Source: Gammaproteobacteria bacterium
Lineage (GTDB): Bacteria > Pseudomonadota > Gammaproteobacteria > Ga0077536
Direction: 5' to 3'
NCBI GenBank assembly: GCA_020845935.1
Contig: JADLEV010000039.1
Coordinates: 32,078 to 96,077, forward strand
DNA length: 64,000 nucleotides
The position numbers and the translations under genes were made by a program. The notes beneath the pieces are model-generated. The model did not search any database, had not been told where the DNA came from, and saw nothing but the letters and a program-made list of their open reading frames with translations. Position 1 is the stretch's first letter. The number at the start of each line of letters is the position of its first letter. Below are positions 18,771-28,272 of this stretch, one piece after another.

Positions 18771-20687
18771 GTGGCGAAGCTGAGATCGGCACTGCGACGC
18801 GAGGTCGCCCGGGTGTTCGCGGATCGCGCTCCTTTCGCGGCGCATTTGCCGGATTACCGGCCGCGCGCGGCCCAGGCGGAGATGGCCGACTGCGTCGCTA
18901 CGTTCCTCGAGCGCAGTGGCGATTGCGTCTTCGAGGCGGGGACCGGCATCGGCAAGTCACTCGCCTATCTCGTGCCAGCGCTGTCGGCCAGCAGTCGCAC
19001 AATCGTTTCCACCGGCACCAAGACGCTCCAGGATCAGTTGTATCTCAAGGACGTGCCGATCGCCCGCGCCGTCACCGGATCCTCAGCCCAGGTCGCCGTG
19101 CTGAAGGGCCGCGGCAATTACCTGTGCCGCTACCGTTTCGAGCGGACGTTCGGTGAACTGGCTTTGGCACCACAGCAGCGTCACGAACTGGAACTGCTGC
19201 GCGCCTGGCACGCGGCCACCGTGACGGGCGACATCAGTGAAGCGACCGGTGTGCCGGAGCAGTCGCCCCTCTGGCCGCGCGTGACCTCGACCACTGACAA
19301 CTGCCTCGGTAGCAAATGTCCGCTGGTGCAGGACTGCTTCGTCTTCAGGGCACGTCGCCAGGCGTTCGCCGCGGACCTCATCATCGTCAACCATCATCTG
19401 CTGCTGGCGGAGCTGCTGTTGCGGCAGGCGGGTCAGGGCGAAATCCTCGCCGCGGTCGATGCGGTGATCTGCGATGAGGCACATCAATTACCCGACGTTG
19501 CGGCGCTGTTCTTCGGCGTCAACCTGTCGAGCCGGCAGTTGCTCGAGTTCTGTCACGAAACCTTGCGACTCGACGAGGAGCAGCGGCCACTCATCGCCGA
19601 AGCGCTGCGGCTGGTACGCGAACTGGAACAAGTCGCGCTGGCCGCCGCCGGTGAGCGCTCCGAGCACGATGCCGAGGCGCAACACGCGTCAAGCTTGCGC
19701 GTGGCGCGGGACCTGAGCGGTGCCCTGATGCAGGTGCGGGATCGGCTCATCCAACTCGAAGGTCGCGATGAAGACACCGACCTGTGCCTGACCCGCGCCG
19801 GCCGCTTGCTGGTCGATCTGCACACCTACCGCGCGGCCGATGCCGACTGGGCGCGCTGGACCGAGCCGGCCGGACAGGGGGTCGTGCTGCATGCGACGCC
19901 GCTCGAACCGGGTGACCTGTTCGAGAGGGTGCGGCCGTTGCTTGCTGATCGTTGGCTGTTCACCTCGGCGACACTGGCGGTGGGCGAGGATCTCGATTAC
20001 TTCTGCAAGCGGTTGGGGATCGTCGATGCCACCTGCGCGACCTGGCCGAGCCCGTTCGATTACCCGCGCCATGCGTTGCTGTATCTACCGACGCTGACCC
20101 ATGAACCGAACGACGCGGACTATCTGACCGAAGCTCTGGCGGCCGCCGTGCCCTTGTTGCGGGCGAGCCGCGGCCGTGCCTTCTTCCTGTTCACCAGCCA
20201 TCGTGCGCTGCGCTTCGCCGCGGAGCGATTGCCGGCGCTGTTGCCCCGTGAGTACGCGGTGCTGGTTCAGGGCACGCAGCCGAAGGCCAGCCTGCTGGAG
20301 CACTTTCGCGCCTTGGCGCAACCGATCCTGCTCGGCACGATGACCTTCTGGGAAGGCGTTGACGTGCGCGGCCCGGCGCTCAGTCTGGTCATCATCGACA
20401 AGCTGCCATTCACCGCGCCGGAACAGCCGGTGCTGCGCGCCCGTGTGAACCGCCTGCGCGCACAGGGCCGCGATCCGTTCCGCGAAATCCAGATGCCCGA
20501 GGCCGTGCTTACCTTGAAGCAGGGTGCCGGGCGCCTGATCCGCGATGCCGCCGACCAAGGGGTCCTGATGATCTGCGACCCGCGTCTCGTCACCCGAGCC
20601 TACGGCCGCCGCTTTCTCGCGGCCCTGCCGCCGATGCGACGCACCACAGATCGCGGCGAGGCCGAGGAATTTCTCCGCGGCCTGTGA
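18771..20687 (+). CDS. yoaA: ATP-dependent DNA helicase, YoaA/DinG (Rad3/XPD-like) family
   Basis: EAGTGIGKSLAYLVPAL, LKGRGNYLC, TSTTDNCLGSKCPLVQDCFV (Fe-S Cys cluster), CDEAHQLPD, FWEGVDVRGPALSLVIIDKLPF, LKQGAGRLIRD. It appears collinear with E. coli YoaA (about 636 aa) from memory. GTG start. Confidence 0.88.
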   Translation: MAKLRSALRREVARVFADRAPFAAHLPDYRPRAAQAEMADCVATFLERSGDCVFEAGTGIGKSLAYLVPALSASSRTIVSTGTKTLQDQLYLKDVPIARAVTGSSAQVAVLKGRGNYLCRYRFERTFGELALAPQQRHELELLRAWHAATVTGDISEATGVPEQSPLWPRVTSTTDNCLGSKCPLVQDCFVFRARRQAFAADLIIVNHHLLLAELLLRQAGQGEILAAVDAVICDEAHQLPDVAALFFGVNLSSRQLLEFCHETLRLDEEQRPLIAEALRLVRELEQVALAAAGERSEHDAEAQHASSLRVARDLSGALMQVRDRLIQLEGRDEDTDLCLTRAGRLLVDLHTYRAADADWARWTEPAGQGVVLHATPLEPGDLFERVRPLLADRWLFTSATLAVGEDLDYFCKRLGIVDATCATWPSPFDYPRHALLYLPTLTHEPNDADYLTEALAAAVPLLRASRGRAFFLFTSHRALRFAAERLPALLPREYAVLVQGTQPKASLLEHFRALAQPILLGTMTFWEGVDVRGPALSLVIIDKLPFTAPEQPVLRARVNRLRAQGRDPFREIQMPEAVLTLKQGAGRLIRDAADQGVLMICDPRLVTRAYGRRFLAALPPMRRTTDRGEAEEFLRGL

Positions 20688-20731
20688 CCCGACCTTTCGC
20701 AACCAACCGAGCAACCGACCTGGACCACCAC

Positions 20732-21382
20732 ATGACTGCTACCCGTAACGATCTGCTGCTCCCGAAATTCGCGACGATGCTGGCATTGCAGGACGCGATG
20801 AATCGCGCGGTCGACGCCGATTGGCGCGAGCGCGACCGCGCCTGGTTTCGCGCCATCTGGATCGAGTGCGCCGAACTGATGGAGCACTATGCCGGCTGGA
20901 AATGGTGGCGGCGCGCGGAGCCCGATCTGGATCAGGTGATGCTGGAGATCGTCGATATCTGGCACTTTGGCCTCAGTCTGCACCTAGGTCTTGAACCCGA
21001 TCGCGATCGCGCCGCGGCGACACTCGCGGTGCAATGGCGCGCGCCGCTGCCTGCGGCCAACTTTCACGATGCGGTCGAGCAGTTGGCGCTGTGCGCGCTA
21101 CGTGAGCGCCGCTTTCTGGTCGGTGCCGTACCGGTGCTGCTCGAGTATCTGAACCGCGATTTCGACGATTTGTATCGTGCTTACGTCGGCAAGAACGTGC
21201 TGAACATCTTTCGTCAGGACCATGGCTATCGCCACGGCACGTATCGCAAGCTGTGGCAAGGGCGCGAAGACAACGAACACCTGATCGAGATCCTGCGCGC
21301 GCTGGATGCCGATGACTCGGGATTCCAGCAGGCGATCTATGCCGCCCTCGAACAGCGGTATGCGGCGGATACGGGCGAATGA
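20732..21382 (+). CDS. All-alpha NTP pyrophosphatase, dimeric dUTPase-like
   Basis: WFRAIWIECAELMEHYAGWKWWRRAEPDLDQVMLEIVDIWHFGLS resembles the dimeric dUTPase (dUTPase_2) pattern from memory. I trimmed the start to the ATG at 20732. Confidence 0.55.
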   Translation: MTATRNDLLLPKFATMLALQDAMNRAVDADWRERDRAWFRAIWIECAELMEHYAGWKWWRRAEPDLDQVMLEIVDIWHFGLSLHLGLEPDRDRAAATLAVQWRAPLPAANFHDAVEQLALCALRERRFLVGAVPVLLEYLNRDFDDLYRAYVGKNVLNIFRQDHGYRHGTYRKLWQGREDNEHLIEILRALDADDSGFQQAIYAALEQRYAADTGE

Positions 21383-21629
21383 CGGGGCATCGACGCGGAC
21401 AGGCATCGACGAAGGCACCGGCGCGGAACCGGATGCGTTGCCCTCGGCGCGTTGCCGAAGCACGAAGCCACACGCCCACGAGTCTGGTCCCTGGGTCGGT
21501 CTGGACAGCGCCCCCGCGCGAGGGCGCGGCGATCGTTCGAGGGCGGAATCCAGGTTTTCTGGTCGTGCCACTCCGGCATCGGTACAATCCGCCGCTCTTG
21601 TCGGTGCCCTCGTGCAGCGGAGTTCAATA

Positions 21630-22253
21630 GTGGACATAGCGTGTTGTGATTTCGAAGGGGTGCTCGTTCCCGAGATCTGGCTTGCCGTCGCGGATCGCCA
21701 TCAGGCAGATGCGCTGCGGCTGACGACCCGTGATATTCCCGACTACCAGGAACTGATGCGGCTTCGTCTGGCGGAAATGGATCGGCTCGGTCTGCGCCTT
21801 GCCGACGTGCAAGCCGTAGTGGCGGAGATGCAGCCGCTGCCGGGCGCGGCGGAATTCTTCTCCTGGTTGCGCGAGCACTATCAGGTCGCGATCATCTCGG
21901 ACACGTTTTACGAATTCGCGTTGCCGCTGCTCGCCAAACTCGGCTGGCCGATGCTGCTCAGTCACACGCTGGAGCTCGATGGCGACGGCCGGATCCGCGG
22001 CGTGCGGATGCGGCAGCAGGATCCGAAGCGGCAATGCGTGCTGGCATTTCGTGGCCTGAACTATCGCATCGTCGCGGTCGGCGATTCGTACAACGATATC
22101 TCGATGTTGCGCACGGCCGATGCCGCGATTCTCTATCGCCCGTCGGCGAAGGTCGTCGCCGATTATCCTCAGTTCCCGATCGCGCGCGATTACGACCAAC
22201 TGCGCGCGTTTTTCGATCAATCGCGCAGTACGCGAAACTCCGGCGTCTCGTAG
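21630..22253 (+). CDS. thrH: Phosphoserine phosphatase / homoserine phosphotransferase ThrH
   Basis: From the GTG at 21630: VDIACCDFEGVLVPEIWLAVADRHQADALRLTTRDIPDYQELM...ISDTFYEFALPL...QDPKRQCV...GDSYNDISML. It looks collinear with Pseudomonas ThrH (about 205 aa) as I recall it. Confidence 0.85.
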   Translation: MDIACCDFEGVLVPEIWLAVADRHQADALRLTTRDIPDYQELMRLRLAEMDRLGLRLADVQAVVAEMQPLPGAAEFFSWLREHYQVAIISDTFYEFALPLLAKLGWPMLLSHTLELDGDGRIRGVRMRQQDPKRQCVLAFRGLNYRIVAVGDSYNDISMLRTADAAILYRPSAKVVADYPQFPIARDYDQLRAFFDQSRSTRNSGVS

Positions 22254-23233
22254 GAAGTCAACGCGTCGCCATCACGGCGGATCAGCAGGACGGCGAGGCC
22301 GTGGGCTTCGGCATAGGCGCGCGCGCCGTCCGGGCCGAGGATGCTCAAAGCCGTCGCCAAGGCATCGGCACGCATGCAGGAGCGATCAACGACGCTGACC
22401 GACACCAGGTCATGCGCGATGGGATAGCCGGTTCGTGGATCGATCAGATGAGAAAAGCTGTGGCCGGAATCGAGAAGCGCGTTGCGATAGGTTCCTGACG
22501 TTGCGACCGCCTGGTCGCCTGGTTCGATCGTGACCAAGACCGTGCGCTCGCCGGGAGCAGGGCGTTCTATGGCGACGCGCCAGCGCGATCCGTCGGTGCG
22601 GCCGCCACGCGCCAGCACTTCGCCGCCGATGTCGATGACGAAATCATCGATGCCGTGCCGGTGTAACACTTCACCGATTTGATCGACGGCGTAGCCCTTG
22701 GCGATGGAGGACAGGTCGAGGTGCGCGTCGCCGGGCTGCAACGCGGACCCGGTAGCCGCAGCAAACGCGATCCGCTGCCAGCCGACCTGGCGGCGCGCTG
22801 CCGCGATGGCGTTCGGATCGGGTGCCGTGCCGCGTGTCTGGGTGGGCCCGAATCCCCAGAGATCGACCAGCGGGCCGACCGTCGGATCGTAGGCCCCATC
22901 GGTATCGTGCGCGAGATCGATCGCCGCCGCGGTGACGTAGGCGAGCTCGGGCGAGAAGGTCATCCGCGTTCCCGGCGGCGCGGTATTGAATTTCGTGAGT
23001 TCTGAATCGCTCCGCCACGTACTCATGGTGGCGTCGATCGCATCGAGCCGCCGTTCGATCTCAGGGCGTAACGTCGTGACGGCGGGCGCGTTCGGCGCGG
23101 CATGAAAGCGGACCGACCAGGTCGTCCCCATCGTCTGTCCGGCGAGGAGGGTGGGTTCAGCGGGGCGGTTGCACGCGGCCAGCAACACCGCACCAATTAT
23201 CAGAAGAATCGATCGCCTATCCGGCGAAGTCAT
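22217..23233 (-). CDS. apbE: FAD:protein FMN transferase (ApbE family lipoprotein)
   Basis: Lipobox LLAAC, then GQTMGTTWSV, DLSSIAKGYAVD, ATSGTYRN, typical ApbE. Confidence 0.85.
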   Translation of the reverse strand: MTSPDRRSILLIIGAVLLAACNRPAEPTLLAGQTMGTTWSVRFHAAPNAPAVTTLRPEIERRLDAIDATMSTWRSDSELTKFNTAPPGTRMTFSPELAYVTAAAIDLAHDTDGAYDPTVGPLVDLWGFGPTQTRGTAPDPNAIAAARRQVGWQRIAFAAATGSALQPGDAHLDLSSIAKGYAVDQIGEVLHRHGIDDFVIDIGGEVLARGGRTDGSRWRVAIERPAPGERTVLVTIEPGDQAVATSGTYRNALLDSGHSFSHLIDPRTGYPIAHDLVSVSVVDRSCMRADALATALSILGPDGARAYAEAHGLAVLLIRRDGDALTSYETPEFRVLRD

Positions 23234-24848
23234 GACACTGTTTGGTCATGCACTCGATCAGGGCTGGCTTGCCGGCCTCGGTCATCGCGATCGCTTCGCG
23301 CAATACCGGGATGAAGTCTTCCGGCTGTTCGACGCGCCGTGACCAGACGCCGAGCGCTGAAGCGATCGCGGCGTAGTCGCCACCGATGTCAAAGGCGTCG
23401 TAGCGTTGGCGCGAGTCGATCAGATGGTCGCGCTCGCAGGCCATCACGCCGTTGTTCAGCACGATGCTGAGTGTACCGATGCGATTGCGCACCGCAGTGT
23501 CGAGATCCAGGCCGACCATGCAGAATGCGGCGTCGCCCTGCCAGTGAATGCAGAGCCGTTCCGGATGCGCCAGTTTGGCGCCGAGCGTCAGGCCAAGGCC
23601 ATGGCCGAGTTGCGTCGATTTGCCCCAGCCGAGATAGCCGCGCGGCCTGGGCGTTTCCCAGAAAGGCACGAGATGTTCGCGCGGGCTGCCGGCGTCGTGG
23701 GTGATGATGGTATTGGCCGGATCGACGGTGCGGTGCAGATCGCGGATCAATCGGTAAGGATTGATCGGCGTGGCGCCGTCATCGAGCTGCGACCGCCAGC
23801 GTTCCAGCCAGGCGGTTTTGTCGCGACGCACTTCGGCGCGGACCGCCGCTAAACGCAAGGTGCGTGCCGCTGGCTTCGGCAATGCAGCCAGCAGCGCTTC
23901 CAGTGTCAACCGGGCATCACCGAGCAACGCCAGTTCGCAGTCGCGATCCTTGTTGAGGTCCGCCGGATTGACGGTCGCATGAATGACCCTCGCGTTTGCC
24001 GGCAGCCCTGGGTTGAACGGCGTCGTCGTCAGACTTGAACCGATGGCAAGAACGAGATCGGCGCGCTGCAGCCACGCGCGCAGCGGTTCGGGGGCATTGA
24101 CCGCACCGGCGCCGAGCGACAGATCGTGATCCTCGGGAAATGCACTCTTGCCCGGATTGGTGGTCAGCACCGGCGCGGCGATGGCTTCGGCGAGATCGAC
24201 CAGTGCCGCGGTCGCATTCGCGCGCAACACGCCTTGCCCGGCCCAGATCACCGGACATTCGGCTTGCGCCAGCAGCCGTGCCGCCGCCTGAACGCTGTCC
24301 GGATCGGGGCCGAAACGGCACAGAGCCGGCGACCGATAATCGATCGGACCAGCAAACCGGCCGCGCAGGATTTCATCCGGCAGCTCGAGCAACACGGGCC
24401 CCGGCGCGCCGCTGCGCAGTTGCTGGAACGCGCGCCGCAGCAACATCGGCAGGTCTTCGGTCCGCTGTACTCGGGCCGACCACTTGGTGACCGGCGCGAG
24501 CACCTCGGCCGGATAGAACACCGGTGGCGTGCTCGGACGCGACAGGCTGTCGCCGGCCGGAAGAACGAGGAGCGGCACGCCGTCGGCATAGGCCTGCGCG
24601 ATCCCGGGAAATGCATTCTCGATCCCCGGCCCGTGCTGAGACGCGAACACGCCGATGCCCTGATGATCCGAGGCGCGGCTATAGCCATCGGCGATGCCGA
24701 CGCCGACCCGTTCCTGGCGGCAGATGATCGGCCGGATGCCGGCGCGGGCGCAGGCATCGATCAGCGGGTTGCGCGGATAGCAGGCGAGCAACGGCACCTG
24801 CTCACGACGCAGAATTTCGGCGACGAGGTCGGCTCCGGAAATGCTCAT
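23217..24848 (-). CDS. Thiamine-diphosphate-dependent enzyme (acetolactate synthase-like family)
   Basis: From the ATG at 24848: MSISGADLVAEILRREQV...QHGPGIENAFPGIAQAYADGVPLLVL...GWGKSTQLGHGLGLTLGAKLA...GDAAFCM...NNG (TPP-binding GDG-x-NN-like motif). The track ORF's 138-aa N-terminal extension overlaps the upstream gene and is Arg-rich junk. Confidence 0.8.
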   Translation of the reverse strand: MSISGADLVAEILRREQVPLLACYPRNPLIDACARAGIRPIICRQERVGVGIADGYSRASDHQGIGVFASQHGPGIENAFPGIAQAYADGVPLLVLPAGDSLSRPSTPPVFYPAEVLAPVTKWSARVQRTEDLPMLLRRAFQQLRSGAPGPVLLELPDEILRGRFAGPIDYRSPALCRFGPDPDSVQAAARLLAQAECPVIWAGQGVLRANATAALVDLAEAIAAPVLTTNPGKSAFPEDHDLSLGAGAVNAPEPLRAWLQRADLVLAIGSSLTTTPFNPGLPANARVIHATVNPADLNKDRDCELALLGDARLTLEALLAALPKPAARTLRLAAVRAEVRRDKTAWLERWRSQLDDGATPINPYRLIRDLHRTVDPANTIITHDAGSPREHLVPFWETPRPRGYLGWGKSTQLGHGLGLTLGAKLAHPERLCIHWQGDAAFCMVGLDLDTAVRNRIGTLSIVLNNGVMACERDHLIDSRQRYDAFDIGGDYAAIASALGVWSRRVEQPEDFIPVLREAIAMTEAGKPALIECMTKQCHDFAG

Positions 24849-24862
24849 GCCGTGCGTCGGCC

Positions 24863-26230
24863 CTACAAGACCGCGAGCATTTCCGCGACCGAGGTGAAGC
24901 GTTCCAGCGGTTTGCCGGCGGCGCGGCCGCGCTCCGCTTCGACCTTGTTGATCTTCAGCCAATCCTGATAGGTGATCGGCCGGGCGCCACGCGCTTGCAG
25001 GGCCGCCCGCAAGGCCGCACTGTCGCGGCGCGGGGCCGGCGACAGTGTCGCCAGATCGGCCACCAGACTTTCGATGGTTTCCTTGCTGTCGACCTTGTTG
25101 GTGCCGATGACTCCGGACGGGCCGCGCTTGATCCAGCCGCTGACGTACAGGCCAGTGACCTGTTTGCCGTCCTGCAGGACGCGGCCCTTGTCGTTCGGCA
25201 GCGTGCCGCGCGCGTCGTCGTAGGGAATGCCGGGCAGCGGCTCGCCGCGATAACCGACGCAACTGAACACCAGCCCGCAGTTGATCGTTTCCAGGTCCTC
25301 GGTCGCAATGGCCTTGCGCGCGCCGGCGTCGCCGCTGAGGATGTTCTTGCGCAGCACGATGCGCTCGACGCGGCCATCGCCTTCAATCGCGACCGGGCTG
25401 CGCAGAAAGCGGAATTCGACGCGGCGCGGTGCCTGATTGGTGCACTGCGAGAACTTCTCGAAGTTCGGCAGGAAGCGCCGCTGCTGCACGTTATCCTCGA
25501 ATTCGAGTTCGGCGCGATCGGCGGCGTCGAGTTGCAGATAGGATGGGTCGAGCGCGATGTCGCAATGCTCGATCTTGTCGAGCTCCGTGATCTCGGGGTG
25601 CGTGAACGAGGCCTGCACCAGACCGCGACGGCCGATCACGTACACCGTGCGGACCTTGCTGGTGCGCAGTTTATCGATAGCGCGAGTCGCCATGTCGGTC
25701 TTGGCAAGTTCGTCCGGCGCTTGGCTGAGCACGCGCGCGATGTCGAGCGCGACGTTGCCATTGCCGATCACGACCGCGGTAGCGCAGCTCAAATCGAATT
25801 CGGACTCGCTGTGATCGGGATAGGCGTTGTACCAGCGGATGAACGGCCGGGCGGTGTAGCAACCGGCGAGATCCTCACCCGGAATGCCGAGCGCCTTCGG
25901 CTCCTGCGCGCCGGTGGTGATGATGACGGCGTCGTAGTATTCACGCAGCGTCGCCAGGTCGATGTCGGTCCCCAAGCGGATGTTGCCGAAGTAGTTGAAA
26001 TTCGGATCGTCACCGGTGCGATCGAAGCGGGCGATCACGGTGCGCATCTTCGGGTGATCCGGCGCGACGCCGTAGCGTACCAGACCGTACGGCGATGGCA
26101 GCGCTTCGAACAGATCGACCTGCGCGGAAATGTCTTCTTTCAGCAGCAGTTCGGCCGCGTAGAAGCCGGCCGGTCCCGCGCCGACCACGGCGACGCGCAA
26201 TGGAAGATCCTGACTACCCAGTTGTGTCAT
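24863..26230 (-). CDS. FprA/adrenodoxin-reductase-type NADPH:ferredoxin oxidoreductase
   Basis: From the ATG at 26230: LRVAVVGAGPAGFYAAELL...YGLVRYGVAPDHPKMR...VVIGNGNVALD...GWIKRGPSGVIGTNK, typical of the FprA/AdR family. Confidence 0.8.
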   Translation of the reverse strand: MTQLGSQDLPLRVAVVGAGPAGFYAAELLLKEDISAQVDLFEALPSPYGLVRYGVAPDHPKMRTVIARFDRTGDDPNFNYFGNIRLGTDIDLATLREYYDAVIITTGAQEPKALGIPGEDLAGCYTARPFIRWYNAYPDHSESEFDLSCATAVVIGNGNVALDIARVLSQAPDELAKTDMATRAIDKLRTSKVRTVYVIGRRGLVQASFTHPEITELDKIEHCDIALDPSYLQLDAADRAELEFEDNVQQRRFLPNFEKFSQCTNQAPRRVEFRFLRSPVAIEGDGRVERIVLRKNILSGDAGARKAIATEDLETINCGLVFSCVGYRGEPLPGIPYDDARGTLPNDKGRVLQDGKQVTGLYVSGWIKRGPSGVIGTNKVDSKETIESLVADLATLSPAPRRDSAALRAALQARGARPITYQDWLKINKVEAERGRAAGKPLERFTSVAEMLAVL

Positions 26231-26306
26231 GGTTGCTCTCTCTCGAAAAAATCCTTGGAAAATCCGGGAACCCGGCGGCGCCCCCGCGGCGCGGCTGGGA
26301 AAGATA

Positions 26307-28112
26307 TCAAACCAACGCCAAATCGCTTTGAGTCGGCTCAGCTTGCCGCTGCTGCATGCGCCAGAGCCGGGCATACACGCCGCCTTGTTCCAGCAGTTCC
26401 GGGTGTGTGCCGTGCTCGATTATAGCGCCGTGCCGCAAGACGAGGATGCGGTCGGCATCGATGATGGTCGCCAGGCGATGCGCGATCACCAGTGTCGTGT
26501 GGCGCACCGCGACCGCGCGCAGCGCGCGCAGGATTTCCTGCTCGGCGTGCGAATCGAGCGACGAAGTGGCTTCGTCGAACACCAGGATCTTCGGTCGTTT
26601 CAGCAACATCCGAGCGATGGCAATGCGCTGCTTTTCACCCCCCGATACCTTCAGTCCGCGTTCGCCGACCAGCGTTTCCAGACCCTCGGGCAACTGCGCG
26701 ACGAAGCCGTCGAGCTGGGCCAGCCGGACGGCTTCGAGGATTTCATCGGCGCTGGCGTCTGGCCGGCCATAGGCGATGTTGTAGCGGATGGTGTTGTTGA
26801 ACAGCACCGTATCCTGTGGCACGACACCGATCGCCGCGCGCAGGCTGTCGAGTCGGACCTCACGAATGTCCTGATCGTCGATCGTGATGCGGCCGGCGCC
26901 GACGTCATAGAAGCGGAACAGTAATCGGGCAATGGTCGATTTGCCGGAGCCGCTCGGGCCAACGATCGCGACCTTCCGGCCGGGCTCGACCGTGAAGCTC
27001 ACGTCGCGCAGGATCTGGCGATCGGGTCGATAGGCGAAGGCGACCTGCTCGAAGCGGATCGCCGCGGCGCCGACGTGGAGCGATGGGGCATCGTTCCTCT
27101 GGGCGATCGTGGGGTCGAGCCGCAGCAGTGAAAACATGTGTTCGATGTCGGCGAGCGCGCGCTTGATTTCGCGGTAGACGAAGCCAAGGAAATTCAGCGG
27201 CATGAAGACCTGCACGATGTACAGGTTCAAGGTCGTGAAGTCACCGATGGTGATGCGGTCACCGGCAACGCCGAAGCCGGCGAGCAGCAGCACGCCGGTC
27301 AGCCCGAGCGAAATGATCAACGCCTGGCCGACGTTCAATGCGGCGAGCGTCAGGCGGTTGTTGCGGCGCGCCGTCTCCCATTTTTCCAGATGCTCGTCGT
27401 AGATTTTCGCCTCGTAGCCTTCATTGCCGAAATACCGCACCGTCTCGAAGTTCAACAGGCTGTCGACGGCGTGGGCGTGGGTCTGGCTGTCGGCGACGTT
27501 CATGTCGCGGACGAAGCGGGTCCGCTTGTCGGTCACGACCACCGAGAACAGCACATAGGCGGCGATGGCCAGGAACAGGATTGCCGCGTACCAGGCACCG
27601 AACCGTGCCAGCAGCACGAGGATCACGAGACCAATCTCGAACAGCGTCGGCACGATGTTGAAGATCAGGAAGCGCATCAGGAAATCGATGCCATTGGTAC
27701 CGCGCTCGATATCGCGCGCGACCCCGCCGGTGCGCCGCGCCAGATGGTATTCGACGTCCAGGGCGTGCAGATGCTGGAATACTTTCAACCCGATCGCGTG
27801 CATCGCGCGCTCGGAGACGCGGCCAAAGATGGTGTCGCGAATCTCTCCGGCGAGATTGTTGGCGAAGCGCAGCAACCCGTAATACAGGATCAGCGCGACC
27901 GGTACCGCGAACGGCTGGGTCGCGGCATCGAGTTCATCGACCAGGTGGCCGAACACCAGCGGCACGGCGACGTTCGCGAGTTTCGCCAGCAGCAGGCACA
28001 GTGCGGCCAGCCCGATGCGCCCCGGGAAGGCGAGGAAGTAGGGGGACATTTCGCGGAAGACGGTCCAATTGCCGGACCAGGTGTGCGGAGTGAAACCATG
28101 AGGCTGCGGCAT
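26307..28112 (-). CDS. ABC exporter, fused permease/ATPase, Atm1/HMT1-like
   Basis: Six-TM N-terminal half. Walker A GPSGSGKST, signature VSGGEKQRIAIAR, Walker B ILVFDEATSSLD. Confidence 0.85.
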   Translation of the reverse strand: MPQPHGFTPHTWSGNWTVFREMSPYFLAFPGRIGLAALCLLLAKLANVAVPLVFGHLVDELDAATQPFAVPVALILYYGLLRFANNLAGEIRDTIFGRVSERAMHAIGLKVFQHLHALDVEYHLARRTGGVARDIERGTNGIDFLMRFLIFNIVPTLFEIGLVILVLLARFGAWYAAILFLAIAAYVLFSVVVTDKRTRFVRDMNVADSQTHAHAVDSLLNFETVRYFGNEGYEAKIYDEHLEKWETARRNNRLTLAALNVGQALIISLGLTGVLLLAGFGVAGDRITIGDFTTLNLYIVQVFMPLNFLGFVYREIKRALADIEHMFSLLRLDPTIAQRNDAPSLHVGAAAIRFEQVAFAYRPDRQILRDVSFTVEPGRKVAIVGPSGSGKSTIARLLFRFYDVGAGRITIDDQDIREVRLDSLRAAIGVVPQDTVLFNNTIRYNIAYGRPDASADEILEAVRLAQLDGFVAQLPEGLETLVGERGLKVSGGEKQRIAIARMLLKRPKILVFDEATSSLDSHAEQEILRALRAVAVRHTTLVIAHRLATIIDADRILVLRHGAIIEHGTHPELLEQGGVYARLWRMQQRQAEPTQSDLALV

Positions 28113-28272
28113 GGCGCGAGCTTAACCGGGTTTGCCTGGTGAGGGAATTTCCCTCGAGTCGCATGGTCGAAGCGCCAATCGGCTCACGCTTTGGGGGCAC
28201 AATGACCCTGCACGACTGATCGTTGGCGGACTGCATCACCCTCCGGGATGGGGGCGTATCATTCGGTTCGCC

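Noticed and set aside
21383-21629. A 247-nt spacer before thrH as a possible leader, attenuator or small gene
   Set aside because: It contains only short GC hairpins, such as GCGCCCCCGCGCGAGGGCGCG. There is no leader peptide with Thr/Ser codon runs and no terminator/antiterminator pair that I could define.
24849-25262. A 138-aa N-terminal extension of the TPP-enzyme ORF
   Set aside because: It overlaps the 3' end of the FprA-like gene in another frame and is Arg-rich. The canonical TPP-enzyme N-terminus (MSISGADLVAEIL) starts at 24848.
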